A stretch of 64,000 bases of DNA from an uncultured Nostoc sp. (GCF_937863485.1 NZ_CALMFY010000104.1:16001-80000), one strand, 5' to 3'; shown: positions 18,108 to 30,049, counted from the first letter of the stretch. Notes: generated by a model from the sequence alone, not told the origin. A program made the numbers and translations.

Positions 18108-20276
18108 TTAGCCATCTTTTGTCACTGATTCCAATTCTTGAGACAGCAAATGTGTGTCTCTGGATGTTGAGGCAGGCAAGTACACTGTAAATTGAGTACC
18201 TCTACTTATCTGACTATAAACATTGACAAAACCACCATGATTCTTAATGATGCCCAACGCCGTGGAAAGTCCTAAACCTGTACCTTTGCCTACCTCTTTA
18301 GTAGTAAAAAATGGTTCAAAAATCTGTTTCTGGACTGACGACGACATCCCCATACCAGTATCCGTTACCACGATCGCAATATAAGAACCCACTTTAGCAT
18401 CAATATTTATCTGGGTAGAATGTTCACCAATTACCACATTTTCCGCCACAATCCTCAAGATACCGCCATTGGGCATAGCATCACGGGCGTTGATTACTAA
18501 ATTAATCAGCACCTGATGTAGTTGAGTTGTGTCTCCACAGACGTTCCACAGATTTTTGGGGATATCTGTTTGATAAATGATGGATTTGGGGAATGTTTGA
18601 GCGATAATTTGCTCAATTTCTGCCATCAATGGCTGAATTTGGACAATTGTCTGTTTACCTTCGATGCCCCGTGCAAAAGATAACACTTGCTTGAGCAAAT
18701 TAGCGCCACGTTTAACATTATTTTCTAAAGTTTGCAGTATTTGCTGACTCTGCGAATCAGGCAATTTCTTCTGCAAGAGTTGAACTGACATTAAAATTGG
18801 GGATAATATATTGTTGAGGTCATGGATGATACCACTAGCTAAGGTGCCGATACTCTCCAAACGTTGCGATCGCAGAAGTTGAGCTTCCAGTTGTTTCTGC
18901 TCCGTAATTTGGGTGTTCACACTCAAGATGGATTTGGGTTGTCCATTATCATCTCGGATCAGTGTCCACCGACTTTCAACGATAATTACTTTACCTTCCC
19001 TTGTCAGTTGATGCAACTCACCCCGCCACTCACCCGTATTCATCACCCTTAAGTAAGCATCTTCTACCTGTGGTGAAATCTCTTTATCCAAAAGTTGCAA
19101 AACATCTTTACCCACAACTTCCTCAGCCTTCCAGCCGTACAGACGTTCAGCACCTTTATTCCAAAATAATATTTCGTTGTGGATATTTCGCACCAGAATC
19201 GCGTCAGTTGATACATCCAGCAACGCAGCTTGTTCACGGATTTTCTGTTCTGCCTGTTTTTGCTGGGTTATATCTCGCGTCAGTGCCAAATAGATGAATG
19301 TACCATCAGATTCGTTACGTAATGGTACAGCATAGGTTTCCATGTAGCGGTGGGTGCCTTTAAATCCAACGATTTCAAACTCCAAAGTCCCCTTGTTACC
19401 TTGGCAGATACTTTTATGCAAGTCGGCAAAGGCTGCTCTATACTCTGGTACAATTACCGTATCTATTGGTTTACCAATCAAGACATCAGCACTTTCCACT
19501 TCCATCATTGCCAGCCCATAGGCATTAATTTCTAAAAGGGTGCCATCCCTGGCAATTAACTTGATGCATTCTGGTTCTGCATCTATCATCGCTCGTAAAC
19601 GATTTTCGCTTTGGCGTAGGGTCAGTTCTGTCTGCTGAAGTTGCCTGATATAACGCCACAACAAGTCATACAGCAGCGTCACCAGCACCAAATCTACAAT
19701 AGCAGCGATAAAAAATGTAACTATCGCCTTTTGGGAACTTGCTTGTAACTGCTGCATTCCCTGCTGTAATAAATTTTGCTCCGCCTTTAAAGAGTCATGA
19801 ATCAGCTGTTGGATTCTTTTGCCGATTTGCTTGTCTTTATCAGATAATATTTGCTGCCGAACTGCTTCTAATCCCTGGTTTTGTCTGAGGTAAATTTCTT
19901 GTTGCAGAATCTTGAGTCTATTAGTAATTTTCGGCTTCAGCAAAGAAATCCATTGCTGCTTTTGATGGTTATCAGTAGTTAAATTGCTGAGAATCTGAAT
20001 ATTGCTATTAGTTTGTTGATAGGCTGCAAGATAGGTTTGTAGATCATCTGCATCTGCTGTAATTAGGTAATTACGTTGTGCAGTTTCAGTATCTTTGAGT
20101 AAAGATTGGATACTTTCAAGTTGGGTAATAACTTCATAGGAGGATGTCACCCATTGCTGATTGTGAATCAGCTTAACAGTGTTGCTATAGGAGACTACAG
20201 CATTAGTCAATACAACTGCCAATGCTAGGATAAATATTGCTTTCAGATTTTGAACTCTATACCATTTTTTGATCAT
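18108..20276 (-). CDS. CHASE3-PAS-PAS sensor histidine kinase; C-terminal receiver domain lost
   Basis: Two TM helices around a CHASE3-like region (ETAQRNYLIT), two PAS/PAC domains, H-box GIIHDLNNIL, N-box NLVINARDAM, G1 DTGMG, F-box FEPFFTTK, G2 GTGLGL. Start at 20276 chosen on the SD-like GAAAGG; alternative 20312. Confidence 0.9.
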   Translation of the reverse strand: MIKKWYRVQNLKAIFILALAVVLTNAVVSYSNTVKLIHNQQWVTSSYEVITQLESIQSLLKDTETAQRNYLITADADDLQTYLAAYQQTNSNIQILSNLTTDNHQKQQWISLLKPKITNRLKILQQEIYLRQNQGLEAVRQQILSDKDKQIGKRIQQLIHDSLKAEQNLLQQGMQQLQASSQKAIVTFFIAAIVDLVLVTLLYDLLWRYIRQLQQTELTLRQSENRLRAMIDAEPECIKLIARDGTLLEINAYGLAMMEVESADVLIGKPIDTVIVPEYRAAFADLHKSICQGNKGTLEFEIVGFKGTHRYMETYAVPLRNESDGTFIYLALTRDITQQKQAEQKIREQAALLDVSTDAILVRNIHNEILFWNKGAERLYGWKAEEVVGKDVLQLLDKEISPQVEDAYLRVMNTGEWRGELHQLTREGKVIIVESRWTLIRDDNGQPKSILSVNTQITEQKQLEAQLLRSQRLESIGTLASGIIHDLNNILSPILMSVQLLQKKLPDSQSQQILQTLENNVKRGANLLKQVLSFARGIEGKQTIVQIQPLMAEIEQIIAQTFPKSIIYQTDIPKNLWNVCGDTTQLHQVLINLVINARDAMPNGGILRIVAENVVIGEHSTQINIDAKVGSYIAIVVTDTGMGMSSSVQKQIFEPFFTTKEVGKGTGLGLSTALGIIKNHGGFVNVYSQISRGTQFTVYLPASTSRDTHLLSQELESVTKDG

Positions 20277-20824
20277 GCGATCGCCCTTTCTGCCGCAGAT
20301 GACCTCCATCAATTAAGATTAAAGATTAAAAACAAATACTGAGAATATTTTAAGGATTTTGATAGAACGGGTAACAAAAGACAATCTGTTAAAGTTGTAA
20401 ATATCTGGATTGATCGGGATGATAATTTATACATAATAATCAAAAATAAATCCGCTAATTTTTAATATAAATTCATTTTTAACAGTAGTATACTCAATGC
20501 AGTTTGGTTCAGAGAATTTGCCAATGCATAGCATTTGGAGTTGCAATGCTACGTCTCTTGTTTGGAATTATAATTAACTCCACACTATCCGTAAATCCAA
20601 AACCAGGTAATATATCTTCTCTAGACAAGCTGGTGAGAGACTTTAATACTTCTTTTGGTTGTCATTATGTATAAATTTCGACGTGTTTTTTGAAAAATTA
20701 GCCAACCAAGTCGCACTTTTGCATCCGTATATTCGCCCATCTTGGCTTGCATCTCGCTCAAACTATCAGATGGGATTAGCTCTAAAACAAAATTAGGAGC
20801 GATAGGAGGAAATTTCTCGCGCTG

Positions 20825-20935
20825 TTCAATGCATCCCCGTAAGGGTACAAGTCGGGAAACCCGTCCAATGCACTATATGCTTTATGCTGGGGAACCCGTC
20901 CACCGCAGTGGCTCCCCATGAGCGACTGGCGTGTG
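20825..20935. repeat. Cluster of small dispersed repeats
   Basis: GC-rich paired motifs AAGTCGGGAAACCCGTCCAATGCAC and GCTGGGGAACCCGTCCACCGCAGTGGCTCCCC inside an AT-rich intergenic region. Confidence 0.55.
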
Positions 20936-21049
20936 GTTTCTAAGCGCCCTTTTAACTGAATTGAAAACAGCAAAGTTATTCTGGAATAAGCTTGACATGA
21001 TTCAAACAATATGTTAATAATTATAGTTTGTGGAAACTTTACTTCTTAA

Positions 21050-22402
<1,353 letters not shown>

Positions 22403-22482
22403 TTAAAAGTGAATAGTAAAGGAATTCACAGTTAAAAGTGAAGAGTGAAGAGTAAGTAATTAAATCAAAACTCCAAACTCCT

Positions 22483-22545
22483 GTAAAGACGCGATTAATC
22501 GCGTCTTTACTCCAAACTTCTGTAAAGACGCGATTAATCGCGTCT
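22483..22545. repeat. Tandem pair of REP-like palindromes (39-bp period)
   Basis: GTAAAGACGCGATTAATCGCGTCTTTAC (perfect 28-bp palindrome) at 22483-22510 and a second copy from 22522. Confidence 0.85.
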
Positions 22546-22575
22546 CCTAACTCTAATTAACAACTAACAACTTCT

Positions 22576-23193
22576 ATGGCTATTACAGTCGAATCTCAAA
22601 AACGCCCAGAAGGCAGCAAGCCCAGAGCTTTACGCCGTTCTGGACTGATACCTGCCAATTTGTACGGTCACAAGGGTACAGAGTCAATTTCTTTGACCAT
22701 TGATGCCAAAACTGTTGAGCGCTTGCTCAAAAGAGCTTCAGTCAACAACACCTTGATTGATTTAAACATTACTGATGCACCTTGGCGCGGCAATACCTTG
22801 CTGCGGGAACTTCAAATCCATCCCGCAAAAGGTACGCCTTACCACCTCAGCTTTTTTGCGGTTGCCGGTCACGGCGACACGACTGTAGAAGTACCGCTGC
22901 GTTTTGTGGGAACTGCTGTTGGTGTTAAACAAGAAGGTGGTTTTTTAGACACCGTTATCACTGAGTTACAAGTGAGTTGTGCGCCAGAAAACATCCCCGA
23001 AATAATTGAAATTGATGTCTCTAACCTGCAAATTGGAGATAGCTTACGTATTCACGAGCTAGTCTTGCCTGAAGGTATCACAGTTCTTGGTGATACAGAG
23101 CGAGTTGTAGTTAGCGTTTCGCAGCCACAAATCAGTGCTGCTGCTGAGGATGAGGCTGAGTTAGAGGGTGAACCAGCCTCTGAAGCTACGTAA
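22576..23193 (+). CDS. rplY: 50S ribosomal protein L25/general stress protein Ctc
   Basis: [36 protein letters not shown]. Confidence 0.95.
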   Translation: MAITVESQKRPEGSKPRALRRSGLIPANLYGHKGTESISLTIDAKTVERLLKRASVNNTLIDLNITDAPWRGNTLLRELQIHPAKGTPYHLSFFAVAGHGDTTVEVPLRFVGTAVGVKQEGGFLDTVITELQVSCAPENIPEIIEIDVSNLQIGDSLRIHELVLPEGITVLGDTERVVVSVSQPQISAAAEDEAELEGEPASEAT

Positions 23194-23218
23194 AGTGTAT
23201 AATAATTTTTGATGATAG

Positions 23219-23243
23219 CCAGGGGGAAACTCCTGGTTTTTTT
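23219..23243 (+). terminator. Intrinsic terminator after rplY
   Basis: CCAGGGG-GAAA-CTCCTGG followed by a T run; supports the next gene starting at 23269. Confidence 0.75.
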
Positions 23244-23268
23244 GTTTTTGAACTCGCAAAGGAAAGAG

Positions 23269-24813
23269 ATGACAGAAGCGACTCTTCCAGCTTTAATTCA
23301 GCAAATGTTGCAGGCGGGATTTTATCCCCATGCGGTAACAGAACCCATTCAACTAATTCAAACCCACATTTCTTATGTGCTGTTAACTGGAGATTACGCC
23401 TATAAGCTGAAAAAACCTGTGAATTTTGGCTTTTTGGACTTTTCCACCTTAGATAAGCGGCAGCATTTTTGTCAGGAAGAATTGCGGTTAAATCAGCGGG
23501 GTGCAGGTGAACTATATTTAGAAGTTTTGCCCATAACTCAGGTAGGAGAGCAATACCAGCTAGGGGGAACGGTTGAGGCTGTAGAATACGCGTTGAAGAT
23601 GCGCCAGTTTCCTCAAGAGTCGCTATTAAGTACACTTTTTGAAGAGGGTAACTTAAATGAGACACATTTAAAAGAGTTGGGACAGGTCGTAGCTCAATAC
23701 CATGCCCAAGCACAGACGAATGATTATATTCGTAGTTTTGGTGAAGTGCCAAAAGTCCAGGCTGCATTTGATGAGAATTATCAGCAAACTGAAAAGTATA
23801 TTGGTGGCCCCCAAACTCAGGCGCAGTTTACAGAAACAAAGCAATATACAGATAACTTTTTTGCAGAACGTCCAGAATTATTTGCTAGCAGAATTCACAA
23901 CAATTATATTCGTGAATGTCACGGGGATTTACACCTGAGAAATATTGCGCTGTGGCACGATAAAATCTTGCTGTTCGATTGCATTGAGTTTAACGAGCCG
24001 TTTCGGTTTGTTGATGTCATGTACGATGTGGCGTTCACGGTGATGGATTTGGAAGCATGGCAGCGTCAAGATTTAGGTAATGCTTTTTTGAATTCCTACA
24101 TAGAGCAAACTGGAGACTGGGAAGGTTTACAGGTGTTGCCCTTGTATTTGAGTCGTCAGGCTTATGTTCGAGCAAAGGTAACTTCATTTTTGCTAGACGA
24201 TCCGAGTGTACCTGAGACGGTAAAGGAAGAAGCGACAAAAACCGCCGCTGATTATTACAAACAGGCTTGGGAGTACACTAAACCAAAACTGGGACAACTG
24301 ATTTTGATGTCGGGGTTGTCGGGTTCTGGTAAAAGTACCACAGCAAGGTATTTAGCCCGTCAACTGGGAGCGATTCACCTTCGGTCTGATGCGGTGCGGA
24401 AACATTTAGGGGGAATTCCGTTGTGGGAAAAAGGTGGCGATGATTTGTATACACCTGAGATGACCGAAAAAACCTACACACGGCTGTTGTCATTGGGAAT
24501 TATCTTGGCTCAACAAGGTTTTTCAGTGATTTTGGATGCCAAGTATGATCGACAGCAGTTACGGCAAGAAGCGATCGCTCAAGCTACGAAGCACCAACTT
24601 CCCCTTCAGATTATCCAATGCACAGCACCCCTTGAAGTTCTAAAAGAGCGTCTGAATAACCGCACTGGTGATATTGCTGATGCTACCGCCGATTTATTAG
24701 ACTCACAACTCAAACAAGCTGAACCCTTCACTGAAGAAGAAGAATCCTACGTAAAGATTTGGGATACAACTCAACCACAACAGGCACAATTAAAAGTAGT
24801 AATTCCCCAATAG
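23269..24813 (+). CDS. Bifunctional aminoglycoside-phosphotransferase-like / AAA_33 P-loop kinase protein
   Basis: QTHISYVLL, YKLKKPV.FGFLDFST, RECHGDLHL.N, FDCIEFN; C-terminal GLSGSGKST, RSDAVRK, VILDA. Confidence 0.85.
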   Translation: MTEATLPALIQQMLQAGFYPHAVTEPIQLIQTHISYVLLTGDYAYKLKKPVNFGFLDFSTLDKRQHFCQEELRLNQRGAGELYLEVLPITQVGEQYQLGGTVEAVEYALKMRQFPQESLLSTLFEEGNLNETHLKELGQVVAQYHAQAQTNDYIRSFGEVPKVQAAFDENYQQTEKYIGGPQTQAQFTETKQYTDNFFAERPELFASRIHNNYIRECHGDLHLRNIALWHDKILLFDCIEFNEPFRFVDVMYDVAFTVMDLEAWQRQDLGNAFLNSYIEQTGDWEGLQVLPLYLSRQAYVRAKVTSFLLDDPSVPETVKEEATKTAADYYKQAWEYTKPKLGQLILMSGLSGSGKSTTARYLARQLGAIHLRSDAVRKHLGGIPLWEKGGDDLYTPEMTEKTYTRLLSLGIILAQQGFSVILDAKYDRQQLRQEAIAQATKHQLPLQIIQCTAPLEVLKERLNNRTGDIADATADLLDSQLKQAEPFTEEEESYVKIWDTTQPQQAQLKVVIPQ

Positions 24814-24826
24814 GTTTTTTTACCCT

Positions 24827-25333
24827 ATGGCAGACAAAAAGAACGACTTTTTCAGTATTTCTCCCAGCTTCTTTTCTCAGCTGTTATTTGGGGCATTTTT
24901 AACATTTATATTAATAATGACCGGCTCTGCACCAGCCCTGAGCATCTTCTTAGGAATCATGGGGGGTTTCATCCTCAGCTGGATCACAAATTTAACCAGT
25001 AATAGCGCCCAGCCCCCAACTGTAGCCTCTTCTGATGGCGTTGATACAGGATTGAAATACTGGTTATTTTTCATGCTTGGCTTTGTATATTTAGGGTATC
25101 CAGCACCCATGAGTATCTTGCTAGGTGGATTAGGCGCTTTAGCAGCAGGCTGGATTACTGCTTGGTGGGGAAGTAAGGAAGAAACTAGAACTCAGCTGCA
25201 AGTTGAAGAGTCAGAAGAGGGCGAAGTTGAACCAACGAACGAGAGGCTGAACAAACGGCAAACAAGAAGAACCGCCCGCCGTTACCGTCGCACTCCTGGA
25301 AGTAGTTTCAATTTCAAGTTTTGGGAAAAGTAA
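24827..25333 (+). CDS. Hypothetical membrane protein
   Basis: 168-aa ORF with four hydrophobic segments as an internal duplication, and a charged tail. Confidence 0.75.
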   Translation: MADKKNDFFSISPSFFSQLLFGAFLTFILIMTGSAPALSIFLGIMGGFILSWITNLTSNSAQPPTVASSDGVDTGLKYWLFFMLGFVYLGYPAPMSILLGGLGALAAGWITAWWGSKEETRTQLQVEESEEGEVEPTNERLNKRQTRRTARRYRRTPGSSFNFKFWEK

Positions 25334-25339
25334 TATTGG

Positions 25340-25458
25340 GCATTGGGGAGCGAGTCCGCGTACTCCTACGGAGAAGCAAGCTAGCAAGAGCGTCTCGTAG
25401 AGAGCGTCTTTTGGATTAAATTTCAATTCTTTAATCCAAAATCTAAAATCTAAAATTC
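25340..25458. repeat. Small dispersed repeats plus heptamer tandem repeats
   Basis: CTCCTACGGAGAAGCAAGCTA; GCAAGAGCGTCTCGTAGAGA (near-identical at 30176-30195 and 59864-59883); AAAATCT/AAAATCC heptamers. Confidence 0.7.
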
Positions 25459-25515
25459 TTGCCCCCCTGCTTCTTTCTTAGCCCCTATTCCTCAGCTTAT
25501 GCCCCATGCCCTAAT

Positions 25516-26307
25516 ATGTTTTTATATCTTTCCAAATTACTGCCACTATTCTTTTATCCACTAGGACTAGCCTGCGTGAGCTTGATAGTAGCATTAGTCA
25601 CGTTGTGGAAACGACCGTTTACTGCGGCGATCGCAATTTCCTTTGCCCTAACTTTATTGCTATTTTGTAGTAATGCTTGGATTGCTAAATCTTTAGTGCG
25701 ATCGCTAGAATGGCAAAATCTCCCACCCGCCCAAATGCCAGTTGCAGAAGCAATTGTGGTTTTGGGTGGCGCAACCAAATCAGCTTTTTTCCCAAGACCT
25801 ACCGTCGATTTGAGTGAATCAGGCGACCGCATGATTTATGCTGCACAACTATATCGCCAAAAAAAAGCGCCTACAATCATTCTGAGCGGGGGTCGCATTG
25901 ATTGGCGTGGAAGTGGTTCACCAGAGTCGGCAGATATGGCAACAATACTCACATCCATTGGTATTCCATCTGAGGCGATTGTCCAAGAACCTGATTCTTT
26001 GAATACTTATCAAAATGCAGTGAATGTCCAAAAAATTTTGTCATCTCGTGGCATTCGCCAAGTATTATTGGTAACTTCGGCAATGCATATGCCGCGATCG
26101 CTTCAGATTTTCCAGCATCAAGGAATCAATGCCATTCCTGCACCCACTGACTTTCTTGTGAGTGAAGGTGAACTCCAAGAACTCGGCAGCACTCCCAAAG
26201 CCGCTATACTAAATTTATTACCTGATACCGACAACTTGCACGAATTTACCAGTGCTTTAAAAGAGTACATTGGTTCTTTAGTTTATCGCTTACGCGGTTG
26301 GCTTTAA
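25516..26307 (+). CDS. YdcF/DUF218 family protein
   Basis: IVVLGG, SDR..YAAQLY, ILSGG, E..S.NTYQNA, LLVTSAMHMPRS, PAPTDF. Confidence 0.9.
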   Translation: MFLYLSKLLPLFFYPLGLACVSLIVALVTLWKRPFTAAIAISFALTLLLFCSNAWIAKSLVRSLEWQNLPPAQMPVAEAIVVLGGATKSAFFPRPTVDLSESGDRMIYAAQLYRQKKAPTIILSGGRIDWRGSGSPESADMATILTSIGIPSEAIVQEPDSLNTYQNAVNVQKILSSRGIRQVLLVTSAMHMPRSLQIFQHQGINAIPAPTDFLVSEGELQELGSTPKAAILNLLPDTDNLHEFTSALKEYIGSLVYRLRGWL

Positions 26308-26366
26308 TAAAGTTGTGAGTTATAAGTTATGAGTTATTAATTATGAAATGTAGTAATTGCCTGAAT

Positions 26367-26410
26367 TCCAAACTCCAAACTCCAAACTCCTAACCTCAAA
26401 CTCCTAACTC
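26367..26410. repeat. Heptamer tandem repeats (STRR-type)
   Basis: (TCCAAAC)x3 degenerating into CCTAAC variants. Confidence 0.75.
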
Positions 26411-26420
26411 AATTAATATT

Positions 26421-26642
26421 ATGTCTAAAAATTTACCTTATATTATGCCATCCCCTCAACCCCAAGTTGAGGAAGCTTTTGCTGCTTACCAAACAACCCA
26501 CCAGTTCTACCACGAAGTTCGGTCACGGTCAGAGTTTCAGCGTTATTGTGAATGGTATTATACAACAGCAGAACAGCACCGACAAGAGCTTAAAAGAATG
26601 CGCGGCGAACTGAATATTTTCCAGTGGTTTCGCCGGCGATAA
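26421..26642 (+). CDS. Hypothetical protein (73 aa)
   Basis: ATG-started ORF with plausible composition, converging on ftrV. Confidence 0.65.
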   Translation: MSKNLPYIMPSPQPQVEEAFAAYQTTHQFYHEVRSRSEFQRYCEWYYTTAEQHRQELKRMRGELNIFQWFRRR

Positions 26643-26647
26643 GTGAT

Positions 26648-26869
26648 TTAGATGATTTCTAACTCATTTTCACGTAAATGGGCTTTAAACTTTTTACTAA
26701 ACTGGACTACAATCGGCAGATTAGCGCTTATCGGTCTGCCTCGCCACTCGGTGGCAATACCTACGACATCACCTTCTGTGCCTTTGATGTCAAAAGCCTG
26801 ACTCCGATGTTCAGGATGATGATACACTACTACCGATTCTTTAACACGGACGCGATCGCCAACTTTCAT
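26648..26869 (-). CDS. ftrV: Ferredoxin-thioredoxin reductase variable chain
   Basis: MKVGDRVRVKESVVVYHHPEHR...GRPISANLP..V.F...FKAHL...ELE. Confidence 0.9.
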   Translation of the reverse strand: MKVGDRVRVKESVVVYHHPEHRSQAFDIKGTEGDVVGIATEWRGRPISANLPIVVQFSKKFKAHLRENELEII

Positions 26870-27297
26870 AACAACATTTACACCTAGCATTTGCTTTTCC
26901 ACAAGTATCTGCTACAAAATATATGATTAAATCGCTTAAAATTCGATTTAATCAGCTATTTCTTGACGCTTCATCGGGGTAATACGGCGCGTTTAACCCT
27001 CTGCGTCCAGGCAAGGCAGCGCATTGCGGTGAGTTCAGCGCTGTAGCGACTGCCGCACATCCTAGCAGTCCGTGCGTACTTTTTTAAGTTTTTTGCCGCG
27101 TTAATTATGTATCGCCCTTACCCTCCGTCTTTACCCAAAAAATAGGGAAATGAAAGGAAATCAGGCGACATCAGATGTGCTTAGTACTTTGACAAGATAT
27201 CTAACCCTTTTATCTTCACTCTAGGATGTTCCCCAGGTCAACTGTCTCACCAATTTTTGTGCATAGCAGACGCGCTGTTATTATCGAATGCACTCTG

Positions 27298-27367
27298 ACC
27301 TCACTTCCATTCCTCTCTCCTAAAAGGAGAAAGGCTTTGAATCTTACTCCCCAACGCTAGTAGGGAA
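27298..27367. repeat. Truncated copy of the double-hairpin repeat core
   Basis: ACCTCACTTCCATTCCTCTCTCCTAAAAGGAGAAAGG...CTCCCCAACGCTAGTAGGGAA aligns by eye to the reverse complement of 17280-17365. Confidence 0.55.
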
Positions 27368-27552
27368 CATTGGTAACAAGTTAAAATTGTGGAGAATTTG
27401 ACAATACCTCCAAAGATAGAAATTATCTGCTGATTTTGAAGAAATCGTGGGGTAATATTTGCAGTGGAAGTCCCTTAGTTGCGGTTTTGAGTTAAAGAAT
27501 CAATTAAGTGTCTAGATTAGGATTACTGAAAAAAGTAACTGTTCGTTAAGCT

Positions 27553-28221
27553 ATGACAAATTTGGAATTGATCATTTTTGATTGCGATGGTGTGTTGGTA
27601 AATAGTGAACCGATAGTGAATCGTATTTTTGCCGAAACATTAACTGAAGGTGGATTGACAATCACCTACGAAGAAGTCACCCAACAATTTATGGGGAAGT
27701 CATTGGCAACTTGTTTGGAGATTATTAAGAAAACCTACGGAAGACCAGTTCCTGCTAAATTGCTTGAACGCTGTAAGAAACGAGAAATCGCTGCATTGCA
27801 ACAAGAACTCCAAGCAATTGAGGGAATTGCTGCCGTTTTAGAACAGATTACACTGCCAAGATGTGTAGCATCGAACAGCAGTCCTCGGCATATTCAATTC
27901 GTTTTACAATTAACGGGATTGTTGCATCAATTTGATGGCAAGCTATATAGCTCTCATCATGTTGAACGCCCTAAGCCCTTTCCTGATGTGTATCTGTATG
28001 CGGCTAGCCAAATGGGTAAGACTCCAGAAAATTGTTTGGTAATCGAGGACTCGGTAACGGGGGTGCAAGCAGCATCTGCCGCCCGAATGCAGGTATTTGG
28101 TTATACTCCACGAAGTAATCAAGGCAATTCTTCGCATCACGATGCTTTGATTGCCGCAGGAGCAAAGCTAGTCTTTGAGGATATGTATCAATTGCCGATT
28201 TTATTGAAATTGTGGAAGTGA
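27553..28221 (+). CDS. HAD-IA family hydrolase (phosphatase)
   Basis: IIFDCDGVLVNSE, VASNS, KPFPDVYL, LVIEDS..GV.AA. Confidence 0.9.
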   Translation: MTNLELIIFDCDGVLVNSEPIVNRIFAETLTEGGLTITYEEVTQQFMGKSLATCLEIIKKTYGRPVPAKLLERCKKREIAALQQELQAIEGIAAVLEQITLPRCVASNSSPRHIQFVLQLTGLLHQFDGKLYSSHHVERPKPFPDVYLYAASQMGKTPENCLVIEDSVTGVQAASAARMQVFGYTPRSNQGNSSHHDALIAAGAKLVFEDMYQLPILLKLWK

Positions 28222-28410
28222 TTCCCCATTTGCTGCAACAGCGCAGCAAAGAAATGGAGCCTCTGCTGAAAATATGGCAATTTCTTCCCTAGTTTCCAGA
28301 TTCCAGACTTTGAGTGTGTTGTCATCTGAAGCAGAAATCACCCGCTTGCCATCGGGGGTGAGGGTTACTGCATTTACTGAGTTGCTATGACCGTGGGATA
28401 TGATGTAAAG
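28201..28410 (-). pseudogene. WD40-repeat protein C-terminal remnant
   Basis: Manual translation: HGHSNSVNAVTLTPDGKRVISASDDNTLKVWNLETREEIAIFSAEAPFLCCAVAANG. No start codon; in-frame stop at 28411-28413. Confidence 0.75.
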
Positions 28411-28479
28411 TTATGTGTGGTGCGATCGCCATAACATATCAACAGAAGATCCCATAAATAACCGTAGTTGCATTTATTA

Positions 28480-28773
28480 CTATTGGTAAAACAATTCCCC
28501 GAATTGATAGAGGCTGATGATAAGCAATAGCGATGCTGTTAGTTGGGTAATTCGCGTCTGGGGTGAGGGGGCGATCGCTTCCCGCACTAAGATAGAAATA
28601 GATGCCCCAACTACTAAGCTCAAGCCTAAGATTAAATAGGGTCTGTCGGGTAAAATAGTGGCTATTGCTAGCATAGCGATCGCTAATAAGAGCATCAATA
28701 ATTCTACAAACCTGGGCGGATTGTATTGACTAGATAGAACGAAGCTATTGAACCAAAAAGACCAAAATCTCAT
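28480..28773 (-). CDS. Small hypothetical membrane protein
   Basis: 97 aa with three hydrophobic helices. Confidence 0.7.
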   Translation of the reverse strand: MRFWSFWFNSFVLSSQYNPPRFVELLMLLLAIAMLAIATILPDRPYLILGLSLVVGASISILVREAIAPSPQTRITQLTASLLLIISLYQFGELFYQ

Positions 28774-28876
28774 AGTCAGTGTTGAATGTTGTTAGCGGAT
28801 AGCTATGGTTTAGCCCGTGCTGAGTTAGGAGTTAGACTCTGCCAATTTTGGATTTTAAATTTTCGATTTTTCCTTC

Positions 28877-28914
28877 AATCCAAAATCCAAAATCCAAAAT
28901 CCAAAATCCAAAAT
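28877..28914. repeat. Heptamer tandem repeat (AATCCAA)n
   Basis: About five consecutive AATCCAA units. Confidence 0.9.
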
Positions 28915-28924
28915 TAATTGCCTC

Positions 28925-30049
28925 CTAACCCCTAGCCCCTAACTTTTGACCTGTGCCGTTTTTTTGTGCAGTATCACTTTCTGGTAGTTCGACGCCAAAG
29001 ACGCGGCTAAAAGCTTTAGCGACTTTGTAACCAGAATCAATCGATTCTAAGGGGTCTTTCCGCAGTCTGTGACGCAAACATAAGGTAATTACGCGGTGGA
29101 TATCATCAACTGTAACTTCAGTACGTCCTTCATATGCTGTTAAAGCTTTGGCGGCGCGGTTACTAACAATGTCACCCCGCAAACCATCTACATCCAGTTC
29201 GGAGCAGACTTCAGAAATTTTTACCCGCAGATCATAGTCAATTTTCACCTCTGACAAAAGCTGTTGAGCATTGACAATTTGCTCTTGCAATGCTTCTTGT
29301 TCGGGTTTGTACTTTTCGAGAAATACTGGAGGATTTTGGTCAAAATCCGCCCGTTGTTCCACGATTTGCACCCGCAAGACTGGTTCTTTGACTGTGTGAA
29401 TTTCTGCGTGCATCCCGAAGCGATCAAGCAGTTGAGGGCGCAGTTCGCCTTCTTCAGGGTTTCCAGAACCCACAAGAACGAAACGCGCTGGGTGACGGAT
29501 AGAAATACCTTCCCGTTCTACAGTGTTCCATCCACTGGCAGCGGAGTCCAGTAGCACATCTACGAGGTGGTCATCTAGTAAGTTGACTTCATCTACATAG
29601 AGAATGCCTCGGTTAGCTTTTGCCAGCAGTCCTGGTTCAAAGGCTTTGACACCTTCAGATAAAGCTTTCTCAATGTCGATTGTGCCGCAAACTCGGTCTT
29701 CTGTAGCTCCTAACGGCAGGTCTACCATTTGGACTTTTTTCTGAGCTACAGGAATTTGGCCCCCTTGTTCTAACAGTTGGCGGACTTCATCGCTCATCAA
29801 GTCGGGGTCGCTAGGATCACTACTGAAGGGGTCATTGGCAACCACGGAGATTTCTGGCAGCAGATCCGCCAGCGCCCGGATAGTTGTGGATTTACCGGTG
29901 CCGCGATCGCCCATGATCATTACACCACCAATTTTGGGATCAATCACGTTCAATAGCAGCGCCAGTTTCATTTCTTCCTGGCCCACAATTGCCGTAAAAG
30001 GAAATACTACGCGACGCGCACTTGCCGTGGATTGAGCAGTTGGACTCAC
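28925..30049 (-). CDS. chlI: Magnesium chelatase ATPase subunit I
   Basis: [55 protein letters not shown]. Confidence 0.98.
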   Translation of the reverse strand: MSPTAQSTASARRVVFPFTAIVGQEEMKLALLLNVIDPKIGGVMIMGDRGTGKSTTIRALADLLPEISVVANDPFSSDPSDPDLMSDEVRQLLEQGGQIPVAQKKVQMVDLPLGATEDRVCGTIDIEKALSEGVKAFEPGLLAKANRGILYVDEVNLLDDHLVDVLLDSAASGWNTVEREGISIRHPARFVLVGSGNPEEGELRPQLLDRFGMHAEIHTVKEPVLRVQIVEQRADFDQNPPVFLEKYKPEQEALQEQIVNAQQLLSEVKIDYDLRVKISEVCSELDVDGLRGDIVSNRAAKALTAYEGRTEVTVDDIHRVITLCLRHRLRKDPLESIDSGYKVAKAFSRVFGVELPESDTAQKNGTGQKLGARG

